Assembly (NCBI GenBank): GCA_020348985.1
Contig: CP070761.1
Span: forward strand, 2,332,310-2,396,309
Length of the DNA: 64,000 nucleotides
Reading direction: 5' to 3'
Source: Candidatus Thorarchaeota archaeon
GTDB lineage: Archaea > Asgardarchaeota > Thorarchaeia > Thorarchaeales > Thorarchaeaceae
A program made the translations under genes and the position numbers. Shown one piece after another: positions 1 to 7,834 of this stretch; the stretch's first letter is position 1; each line of letters opens with the position of its first letter. The notes beneath the pieces are model-generated. The model had not been told where the DNA came from. It did not search any database and worked only from the letters and a program-made list of their open reading frames with translations.

Positions 1-16
1 GCACTTTGTCCTCTTC

Positions 17-811
17 ATGGCTCTTCCAGGGCTTACTAAACAACAGATAGTTGAAGTAGACAGAATCATGATGGAGGAGCTCCATGTCCCTGTGGAGCTC
101 ATGATGGAGCATGCGGGTCTATGTCTGGCTCGAACAGCGATTATCTTTGGTGGTAACACCTCTCGACATTTCATTGTGATAGCTGGACCCGGCAACAACA
201 GTGGCGGCGGGCTTGTTGCAGCTCGACGTCTGCACGCCTGGGAGCAAAGCGTGACCGTGATTGTCCCAAAAGGTACTGATGGACTACGTCCAGCTTCAAA
301 GCATCAACTGTCTCGGGTGCTGGCCTCTGGCGTAGAAGTGACTAAGAGTGTGCCGACTACCCTCAAACCCGATGTGTCCTCGATTCTACTAGATGCATAT
401 CTAGGATACGGATTCACCGGAAGAGACGACTCTATAAGTGATGCCGTTTTTTGTCTTCTCCGGCGTCATCCATCTGTTATTTCTCTTGATGCTCCCTCTG
501 GTCTAGATGTCTCAACTGGTGAGAATGTCGGCGGTCTGAAGCCGAAGTTGATAGTTACAGTTGCTTTTGTCAAGCAAGGTCTGCTGTCTACTAGTCCTGA
601 GAATGTTGGAGAACTTCTGGTTTGCGACATTGGAGTCCCAACTAGTGTATTTGGCAGTCGGCTAGGAATCGATTGGAGGTCTCCTCTCAAGAAGGAGTCG
701 CTGCGTGACTTGTCTCAGGCCTTCTCAGAGAATCCAATTCAGGAGGTTGAGTCACTAGCTGATGAAGGCGATTGCCTCTGTTGGCTGCCCCGGAGACAGC
801 CAATCTCTTGA
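17..811 (+). CDS. nnrE: NAD(P)H-hydrate epimerase (YjeF N-terminal domain)
   Basis: LMMEHAG, GPGNNSGGG, LLDAYLGYG and SLDAPSGLD motifs typical of YjeF_N. Confidence 0.85.
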   Translation: MALPGLTKQQIVEVDRIMMEELHVPVELMMEHAGLCLARTAIIFGGNTSRHFIVIAGPGNNSGGGLVAARRLHAWEQSVTVIVPKGTDGLRPASKHQLSRVLASGVEVTKSVPTTLKPDVSSILLDAYLGYGFTGRDDSISDAVFCLLRRHPSVISLDAPSGLDVSTGENVGGLKPKLIVTVAFVKQGLLSTSPENVGELLVCDIGVPTSVFGSRLGIDWRSPLKKESLRDLSQAFSENPIQEVESLADEGDCLCWLPRRQPIS

Positions 812-831
812 ATCAAACCGTGTAGGAACAA

Positions 832-1497
832 TCAACGCTCACATTCGAATCTTACAGTCAGATCATCGTAGGATTCGAAACTCATCAGAAACGAATTGAG
901 TTTGAACACAGGTACAATTGGAACTCCATCAGAAAACTCGACGTCTTCCACTAGCCATGTAACAAGAATAGGGCTGAGCGTGAACTTCTTTCGTTCAAGT
1001 CCGTCCAGTTTCGCAGAGAGCCTATCCAACAGTCCACACAGAAGCTCGGTTCTCATCTTCTGCTTCTCTGCAGCGCTTTTGAGTGCAGACGATTTGTATT
1101 TTCTTACTCCCCACATTTTGGCATCAATTGATACAATTCTGTTTCCTCGCAATCCAATAACATCGATCTCCATGCCTTGGATTTCCAAATTTCCTCGACG
1201 TCTAAAGCTCTCTGTACACTTGAAGCCGTGTTCAACCAAAATGCTTGTAACCATACCTTCAAAGTCTTTCCAGTTCATTCGATTTACAACTGACTCGACT
1301 TCTGCTCCCAATGATACTGCTTTCAGAGCTAGCTCGACTCTTTCATTTCTGTGAAGTTTCCATTTCCCTTCTGGCTCCTTCAATGCACCAATCTCATGGA
1401 GGATTCTCTCCTGCAAATCATTTGTAGTGTAGACTGACGAGCCATCGCGTGAACTGTCAAGTAGATTCAGGATTTCTCTCAGTCGGGGTTTCACCAT
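832..1497 (-). CDS. PD-(D/E)xK nuclease-fold protein (Mrr/NERD-like)
   Basis: WKDFEGMV...EIDVIG...SIDAKMW catalytic-like pattern. Confidence 0.7.
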   Translation of the reverse strand: MVKPRLREILNLLDSSRDGSSVYTTNDLQERILHEIGALKEPEGKWKLHRNERVELALKAVSLGAEVESVVNRMNWKDFEGMVTSILVEHGFKCTESFRRRGNLEIQGMEIDVIGLRGNRIVSIDAKMWGVRKYKSSALKSAAEKQKMRTELLCGLLDRLSAKLDGLERKKFTLSPILVTWLVEDVEFSDGVPIVPVFKLNSFLMSFESYDDLTVRFECER

Positions 1498-1540
1498 TTC
1501 ACGATTTTAGTTCTCACTCTACTTTATAACGTTCGCTGCC

Positions 1541-2047
1541 ATGACTGATTGTGAGCGCGACATGTCAGACACAGCTGAAGGTTGGACTCGTGTTCTCAGA
1601 GCTTTCGATGACTGGATCGAATATGAGACCACCGAGTTTGGCCCTTGGACCGGCTACTTCTCATTGGAGAATCTACAAGGCCTCATGGATAAAGAGAGAC
1701 TGAGCTGGATGGGCTCGATGGTTGACGAGATAATCCCTGGGAGAATTGAGAGTTGCAGAAATGCCGGTGTTGCACTTGAGGACTTTCTGCCTTACATGCC
1801 TGATGCTATGGCTATCGAAACCGTTCGTTCAATGATAGATCTTAACCTAGTACTTCAAGATGGTATGTTGAAAATGAGCGATGCAGTAACTAGAATGGCT
1901 GACGAGTACAAAGTTGGCGGGCTCGACGAGATCGGAGGTCATCTCAAGGAGCTAAAGGAGATCGAAGAAGACATTCGACATCATATGAGTCTGTACTCCA
2001 AGGGATTTGCACGTCTGAGGTCTCTGGGCCTTGAGATGCCCGATTGA
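1541..2047 (+). CDS. hypothetical helical protein
   Basis: 168-aa ORF divergent from the previous gene; TTTATAA TATA-like box at about 1523. Confidence 0.65.
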   Translation: MTDCERDMSDTAEGWTRVLRAFDDWIEYETTEFGPWTGYFSLENLQGLMDKERLSWMGSMVDEIIPGRIESCRNAGVALEDFLPYMPDAMAIETVRSMIDLNLVLQDGMLKMSDAVTRMADEYKVGGLDEIGGHLKELKEIEEDIRHHMSLYSKGFARLRSLGLEMPD

Positions 2048-2190
2048 GCACAGAAATACCTGGCGCCACTCCAAAACCTTAAGTACCAATCTAATCGGTT
2101 CTTGTTTGACCCAATATAAAGAGGTGAAAAGCTAAATGGGTACTGAAACATTAATGGACGCCCATCGACGTCGGGTCACGAGAGCAAGAG

Positions 2191-2583
2191 GTGAATATCA
2201 AATCGCCTCGAGAGGTGAGTGTATTCTCTAGTGGGCAAAAGGCCCATACGGAATATGCTGAACCCGTTAACACTCCTCCTTTTGAGAGTCTGGCTTCATC
2301 GTTTTTGTCTCTGGCAGAACATAGGCTAAGTGACATGCAGAAGACTGTTCTTGTGATGAGTGCCAAGGTCCTTGAATATCATGACCTGACAGTGACCGCT
2401 CTTGCAGACCATATGAGCCGAAGAAGCCACGTGCCTTACAGCACACTGAAGTGGAACTTGAGGCTCCTGACGAAGATGGGTCTCTTGGTGGGTGGTGACA
2501 CCAAGAACAGAGGTAGGAAAGCAAGTCTGACAGAGGCTGCCAGATTGCTCATCCACCACTTGGAAGATCGAGCGATCTCCTAG
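2191..2583 (+). CDS. winged-helix DNA-binding protein (ArsR/MarR-like); start uncertain
   Basis: TVTALADHMS...YSTLKWNLRLLTKMGLL...ASLTEAA wHTH pattern. Confidence 0.7.
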   Translation: MNIKSPREVSVFSSGQKAHTEYAEPVNTPPFESLASSFLSLAEHRLSDMQKTVLVMSAKVLEYHDLTVTALADHMSRRSHVPYSTLKWNLRLLTKMGLLVGGDTKNRGRKASLTEAARLLIHHLEDRAIS

Positions 2584-2645
2584 AGGTTTCACTCTGGGCA
2601 ATCCTCTCTTCTTCCTGTTTTTCTCTTCGGCAAGAGCCATTGGGT

Positions 2646-2696
2646 GCATCCCGCACTCGGGAGGAGCAATCGATTTTGCCCGTCCGTCATCGAAGC
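2646..2696 (-). promoter_or_regulatory. candidate eukaryote-type SECIS element
   Basis: RNA GCUUCG-AUGA-C-GGACGGGCAA-AAUCGA-UUGCUCCUCC-C-GA-GUG-CGGGAUGC: AUGA/GA core, 10-bp helix II with one mismatch, loop AA 11 nt after AUGA. Confidence 0.7.
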
Positions 2697-3490
2697 TTCT
2701 TGCCGAAGAGATTCTTTCCTTTTGATAGGCCCTCCAAGACCTTCTCTTTACTTATGCCAGCAGACATCAGAAGCTCAACAGACACTTCTTCTCCGGATCC
2801 CAGATTTCCCAGATTCCATTGGAGCGCAGATGCTATGTCCTTTGGTCCCATCTTCAGGTTTCGTCTGAGGTCGCGACGGGCATCCTCAACTTTCAGCTTT
2901 GCAGGAGGCGAAATCTCCCAACTGTCTGGTTGTTTGATTGAACTCATTCCAACATACAGTGGATTGTCGTCCCAAATCATCATTGTACCAGAGTCTGGGT
3001 CATACTGACCGCGGTCATCCTTGTAGCTTCTTGGACCACCCAGGTCAAAGTCCATGAAGTTGTAGACCTTCATGTCTTCCACTTCCATATCTCCTATGTT
3101 TTTCGTCGTATGTCGAATGATTATTGTTGGCTTGTTATAACTCCAGAGAGCTATGCTGAATCTCAGCATCGGCTTAGAGAAGCCTACAGGAGTCAAGTCA
3201 AGATCGACCCTGAGTGTCTGACCTTTCATCTCGTTCCGTCGAATTCGAATGATTCTCTCCTCTGTCGACTGAACGTGATGAACGAGATCGTCAAGCACAA
3301 AGGAGGCCCAGAACCCGCTCCTGTAGCCCGCTGGATTGCGCAACAACAACCTGTCCAGTCCTTTGGGATCAATCAAGCTGAGTCGCTTCATATAGAAGCC
3401 CTTACGACCTCTTCCTCAAGAAACACAGTTCACTGCATATGTCATGTCAAGTCTTGGAGACCGTCTTCCAGATTCCAAGGTCTCATACAT
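2687..3490 (-). CDS. putative selenoprotein (267 aa, Sec at codon 25 in CxxU), predicted beta-sandwich body
   Basis: The ORF-track protein 2687..3391 extends in frame through one TGA (3418-3416) to ATG 3490, giving MYETLESGRRSPRLDMTYAVNCVSUGRGRKGFYMKRL...; SD-like GGTGTGA and TTTATAT lie upstream; SECIS-like hairpin at the 3' end. Confidence 0.7.
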
Positions 3491-3496
3491 GATCGA

Positions 3497-3539
3497 TCAC
3501 ACCAACTGCCTTCCTTGTCGGGATTCTCGGAGATATAAA
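3497..3539 (-). promoter_or_regulatory. TATA box (TTTATAT 3539-3533) and SD-like GGTGTGA for the putative selenoprotein gene
   Basis: TATA about 45 nt upstream of ATG 3490; SD 6 nt upstream of the ATG. Confidence 0.6.
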
Positions 3540-3667
3540 GTGTACCAAGCAAGACCGCCTGCATGTGTGATGGCTTCGTGGCAATTCATAGTCGTACTCT
3601 CTTATCCTTGTCACAAACTTGATAAATATCACAAAGGACCGATGACGCGCTCAGGTGCGGACAAGCT

Positions 3668-4906
3668 ATGACTACTCTTACACTAGAGCAGCTACAGAAA
3701 TGGTACAGGAAGAGGCTTTCAAACAAGTCCAAGGATTTTACAAAGCTAGCTGAGAGAAGTTACAAGATAGTCGGGCGGACATTGAAAGATGTTGAGGAAG
3801 TCTCACAAGACCTGCTTGAAGCCAGTGATGATGATGACATCGAGCATCAAGGAATCGCCTCTCGATTTGCAATGAAGATTAGTGAAATCGTTGAAGGCTT
3901 TGACGTAGATAAGAAGGTCACCTACTCAAACACAGAGGAAATGCAGGAGGAGATTCAGAGATTCATTCAGGACCTTTGGGGCGCAGGAGCAAGATGGATT
4001 AAGCGGATGGATAAGAAGCACAAGAGCACAATCAAAGTTCTTGATTCCTACATGAAAGAGCTTATGCGCGAGATGAAGAAGATAGGCAAGATCCTGTATG
4101 AGTTTGCATGGATAAAGGACCTTGAACGTATTGACGGACGAATTACTACACTTCGTGATTTGACTTATGGCAAAGAGATCTTCGAGGAGCAAATCCGGCA
4201 GATCCGTCTAAAACTGGACGCTGCGGAGGCAGAATATGAGGCGGCAGAGAAAGCCTACGGTGACTTCAAAGACACATCAAACGTCGCTGAGATACTGAAT
4301 CTTGATCAAGAGTCCGAGCGAGTTGCATCTCTGTTGCGAATGCGGCTCAACACGCTCAGAAAAGCCGTGAAGAAATTCACTCAGCATGACACCGGGGTTC
4401 GGATTGGTCCCGCAGGCCATAGGGCTTTGGCAGATTATTTCGAAGACCCCTTCGAAGCCATCGTTGAGGAGCCTGATGGCACTCCCGGCCTTCTTGAGGG
4501 ACTCGGTGGAATGCAGAAGGCAATTGAAGGCGGACAATTGAAGCTGAAAGACCGGCTGGCCAGGAGAGCGATAGAGGAGATTGAAGAAATTCGAAATGGT
4601 GCCCTTTCGGAACTGCAAAGAACAGCAAAGGATATTGTCCAAAAGAGAAGAACCTACGCCGGATCAGAAGTCTACAAGCAAAGTGAAGAGATGACTTCTC
4701 GCCTTGATGAGGCGACGAAGAACCTAGAATATCATCGCAATGACCTTCTGAGAACAGGTGATGAGATTCAGCGTCAGATTGACAAGGTGGAGGAATTCCG
4801 AGAGAGAATAGAGTCTGAGATTCTCGAAGCGTTTGGCGAGAAGGTCATGATTCAGATTGATGACTTGGGTTTGGAGCCGCTCTTAGCCAAATGTACCGTT
4901 AGCTAG
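3668..4906 (+). CDS. coiled-coil hypothetical protein
   Basis: 412-aa E/K/L-rich helical ORF. Confidence 0.75.
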   Translation: MTTLTLEQLQKWYRKRLSNKSKDFTKLAERSYKIVGRTLKDVEEVSQDLLEASDDDDIEHQGIASRFAMKISEIVEGFDVDKKVTYSNTEEMQEEIQRFIQDLWGAGARWIKRMDKKHKSTIKVLDSYMKELMREMKKIGKILYEFAWIKDLERIDGRITTLRDLTYGKEIFEEQIRQIRLKLDAAEAEYEAAEKAYGDFKDTSNVAEILNLDQESERVASLLRMRLNTLRKAVKKFTQHDTGVRIGPAGHRALADYFEDPFEAIVEEPDGTPGLLEGLGGMQKAIEGGQLKLKDRLARRAIEEIEEIRNGALSELQRTAKDIVQKRRTYAGSEVYKQSEEMTSRLDEATKNLEYHRNDLLRTGDEIQRQIDKVEEFRERIESEILEAFGEKVMIQIDDLGLEPLLAKCTVS

Positions 4907-4924
4907 AGATCGGGTGCAGTTGTC

Positions 4925-5749
4925 TTGAGAGTTCTTGTTACATCTACACAAGACATGGCGAGCATGACAATCAAGCAAGTGTTGAACGAAGAGTTTGATT
5001 TTGTTGAGACCGCAGACTCATTCGAAGGCAATCCAGTTTATGCCAGAGGCGAATCGGCAATCCTGATCACTACAACTCGAGATATGATTGATTGTGAGCA
5101 CCTGGAAGATCACTTCAACGCAGAGGTCTTCATATTCTGTTCGCGACATAGAGCGGCTTCTGGAAAGCCAGCTCTCTTGGTTCATAGTACCGGAAACTTG
5201 GGCTTGGATGCGGAATTCGGAGGTCAACCTCAGCAATTGTCGGTCTCCGCAGGAAGTCTAGTCGCTCGAGCACTGAGAACACTTCAGGATGAGAAGGAGC
5301 GACAAGACCTTGTCGACTTTGATGTGACCATGGAAGTCACTCATCATGGCCCTACGTCGATGAAGACACCGCTCATGTTCATCGAGTTGGGTAGTGAAGA
5401 AGAACACTGGAAGAACGAGAAAGGTGCTAGAGCAGTAGCTACGGCTGCAATGGCCTGCATCGACGAATCCTTCTCGAAGACTGTGTCAATCGGATTCGGT
5501 GGAAATCACTACGCAAGCAAGTTTAACAGACTTGTGCTTGAGAAAGGGGTCTGCATGGGCCACATGGCTCCCAAATATGCTATAGAGGGACTTACTCCAA
5601 ATGTGGTTAGGCAGATGATAACTAGTTCAAAAGAATTGGTTGAGCGTGCTATCATCGATTGGAAAGGTACAAACGCCGAACAGAAGGCACATTTGTTTCC
5701 AATCCTTGAGGAACTCGACATCGAAACCGTCCGTGCGAAGCACCTCTAG
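4925..5749 (+). CDS. dtdA: D-aminoacyl-tRNA deacylase (archaeal DTD2/GEK1 family)
   Basis: SRH, VHSTGN, EVTHHGPT, FIELGS, GFGGNHYA and GHMAPKY motifs. Confidence 0.92.
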   Translation: MRVLVTSTQDMASMTIKQVLNEEFDFVETADSFEGNPVYARGESAILITTTRDMIDCEHLEDHFNAEVFIFCSRHRAASGKPALLVHSTGNLGLDAEFGGQPQQLSVSAGSLVARALRTLQDEKERQDLVDFDVTMEVTHHGPTSMKTPLMFIELGSEEEHWKNEKGARAVATAAMACIDESFSKTVSIGFGGNHYASKFNRLVLEKGVCMGHMAPKYAIEGLTPNVVRQMITSSKELVERAIIDWKGTNAEQKAHLFPILEELDIETVRAKHL

Positions 5750-5867
5750 ATACGACCAGACATTGACACTGTTCCCAGTCAAACAACTTGCTTTCGTTGT
5801 TATGTCTCCGAAAGTCTAATTACTGACTACTACTCTCCGCCAATAAGCGCCACTGGAGTAGGGGAAA

Positions 5868-6821
5868 ATGCCCTCAGATGATACGAAAAAGGCCATTGCC
5901 AATCTGGACGAAAAGATAGAGGCACTCTCAGATTCGGTGAATGATATCGCTGCAGAGATGAAAGCGCTCTCTGAGGTTCCCGAAATAACCAAAGCAGTTG
6001 ACACGCTATCGGCTGAACTGAAGAAGATCAAGAAGGATCTTGAACCAGTGTCGAAACTAGATGAGATAATCAAATCAGTCTCAGGTATCGCATCAGGCAT
6101 AGATGACCTGAAGAAGACCTCCAAGGACGAGGAGCTCGATAAGAAGGCAGACGAGCTAGCCGCTTCAGTCGCTGCTCTACACTCTGCATTCAAGACGTCA
6201 ATAGAGCAGGATGAGCCGCAACTTCTTGTGAAGAAGATAGACGAGCTTCAGCAATACATAGCAGATCTTTCAGGCATCGAAGAGAAGATATCAGAGATAG
6301 CTAGAAGCTTTGAAGAGACCCGTGAGATTGTGAGCATCATCGTTCGGCAGCTAGATGATGTCGAGCGAAAATACAACAAGGCCTTGGAGGAGGTAAGCAA
6401 GGCGCTAGAAGAAATGACAAAGGCCGCCGAGGCAGCTCCCAGAGCAGAACTACCTCCTCGGAGGGAGAAACCGAAGAAGGAGAAGCCAAAGAAGGAGGAG
6501 CCCGAAGAGCCCGAGGAGCCCGAGCCGCTCGGAGTCGAGGGGCTACCTGCCACTGTTGATGATCTCATGGATAAGCTTCTGAAGATGGTGACGGCGCAGA
6601 CAGAAGCCGTGCAGATGGCAACTGCACTCGAAGACACAAGAGACCAACTGACTACTATGATAGAAGAGCACACGCCTGTTATCTACCAATTCGGCAAGCG
6701 AGCACGTGAGTTGAAATCATACCCGCCAACTGCAACTCTGAATGAGAATGACATTGCAAGACTGAACAAGGAAATACGAGAGTGGGCTGTGAAACTCAGG
6801 GAGATAACACGACCGGATTAG
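5868..6821 (+). CDS. coiled-coil protein with Pro/Glu linker and C-terminal four-helix (Vps28-CTD-like) domain
   Basis: Heptad N-terminus, EKPKK/EEPEEPEEPEP linker, helical C-terminal domain similar to that of 48317..49207. Confidence 0.7.
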   Translation: MPSDDTKKAIANLDEKIEALSDSVNDIAAEMKALSEVPEITKAVDTLSAELKKIKKDLEPVSKLDEIIKSVSGIASGIDDLKKTSKDEELDKKADELAASVAALHSAFKTSIEQDEPQLLVKKIDELQQYIADLSGIEEKISEIARSFEETREIVSIIVRQLDDVERKYNKALEEVSKALEEMTKAAEAAPRAELPPRREKPKKEKPKKEEPEEPEEPEPLGVEGLPATVDDLMDKLLKMVTAQTEAVQMATALEDTRDQLTTMIEEHTPVIYQFGKRARELKSYPPTATLNENDIARLNKEIREWAVKLREITRPD

Positions 6822-6909
6822 GTGCTCAACACAAGATTCTCAGTTGTAAGCCCCTTCACGTGGCTAACCTTTATCTCTCAAAACAGAGTCTATCCTGACT
6901 GGATTCCCT

Positions 6910-6956
6910 TGTACGTCTTTTGAGGTCGTACAGAAGTCTGACCTACGAGTCAGACT
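6910..6956 (+). promoter_or_regulatory. tandem inverted repeats in the leader of the 6994-11728 operon
   Basis: TGTACG..CGTACA (6910-6932) and perfect 8-bp AGTCTGAC-N6-GTCAGACT (6935-6956). Confidence 0.45.
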
Positions 6957-6993
6957 AAATCATTGATCATAGACACATCGAGTTGAGATTAGG

Positions 6994-7827
6994 ATGAAAC
7001 TTGAGAAACATAACATCGAACTTGCGGAAAGAATCGAAATGCTCGACAATGCCTCTGACATTGAGTTGGCCAGAGAGCTGATGGAACTGCACTCCGAAAA
7101 GTGCAAGGAGTGTCAAGAAGATCGTCTCAGTTGCACTGTTCGACCGGCGTGCACTGACCGTAACTTCCTGAACGCGTTGATAGAACTAGGAGTAGAAGCA
7201 CAAGATCTTCCGAGCTTCTGCTACAGCAAGTATCTTGAACAGATTGCCAAGTTCGTGCTTTCAGGGAAGGGTAAAGGTATAGCTGACAGACGGATTCCAG
7301 AAAAGGACCTCCTGTCAACTCTCAAAGTGGCGTCAATCCGTCAATTCAACACGAAGTTCGGCAAGATTTGGGACAGATACGCCATGGTTCGTGGTCACAA
7401 TGTCATGTTAGTTGCAGGAGACGAACTGCTTTTTCACTTTGACTTTAGAAGAGGAGTTGTCATTCTCAATCCTTGGAATCTATCGATAGAAGATGTGAAC
7501 ATTTTCGATTTGTACGTTGAAGTCCTTTCCAAGCATTATGGTTTGTCTGCGTCTACTAGAAATCTTACATCCAACTGGTGGTCTATGACAGTTGAGTTGG
7601 GTTGCACACTCACGAAAGAGGAGTCATCTCGTCTCAAGGGGATTCTATCAGACCGATTCGAAGCATACCAGATCGTGGACACGGAAGAAGGCACTGTCGT
7701 TGAGATTGAGGTTGTTCTTGACCAGTCTAGTCCTTCTATAGAGCTGAGGACTATTCTTGCCGGGTTTCGATCGATGTTTGAATTAGTTGCTGGAAGGTCC
7801 GAAGTGCCTCCAGGAGTTGGGCGGTGA
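6994..7827 (+). CDS. hypothetical protein with N-terminal Cys cluster (probable metal binding)
   Basis: HxxxCxxC-x6-C-x5-C and a further FCY; 277 aa. Confidence 0.7.
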   Translation: MKLEKHNIELAERIEMLDNASDIELARELMELHSEKCKECQEDRLSCTVRPACTDRNFLNALIELGVEAQDLPSFCYSKYLEQIAKFVLSGKGKGIADRRIPEKDLLSTLKVASIRQFNTKFGKIWDRYAMVRGHNVMLVAGDELLFHFDFRRGVVILNPWNLSIEDVNIFDLYVEVLSKHYGLSASTRNLTSNWWSMTVELGCTLTKEESSRLKGILSDRFEAYQIVDTEEGTVVEIEVVLDQSSPSIELRTILAGFRSMFELVAGRSEVPPGVGR

Positions 7828-7834
7828 GTTGATC

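Noticed and set aside
2136-2231. 31-codon ORF (MGTETLMDAHRRR...) after GAGGTGA, overlapping the wHTH gene start
   Set aside because: It has no recognisable motif and cannot be distinguished from chance, or from a start-site/frameshift ambiguity, without homologs.
6464-6527. Short tandem repeats (GAGAAxCCxAAGAAG, GAGCCCGAx)
   Set aside because: These are coding repeats for the EKPKK/EEP linker, not a CRISPR array or mobile element.
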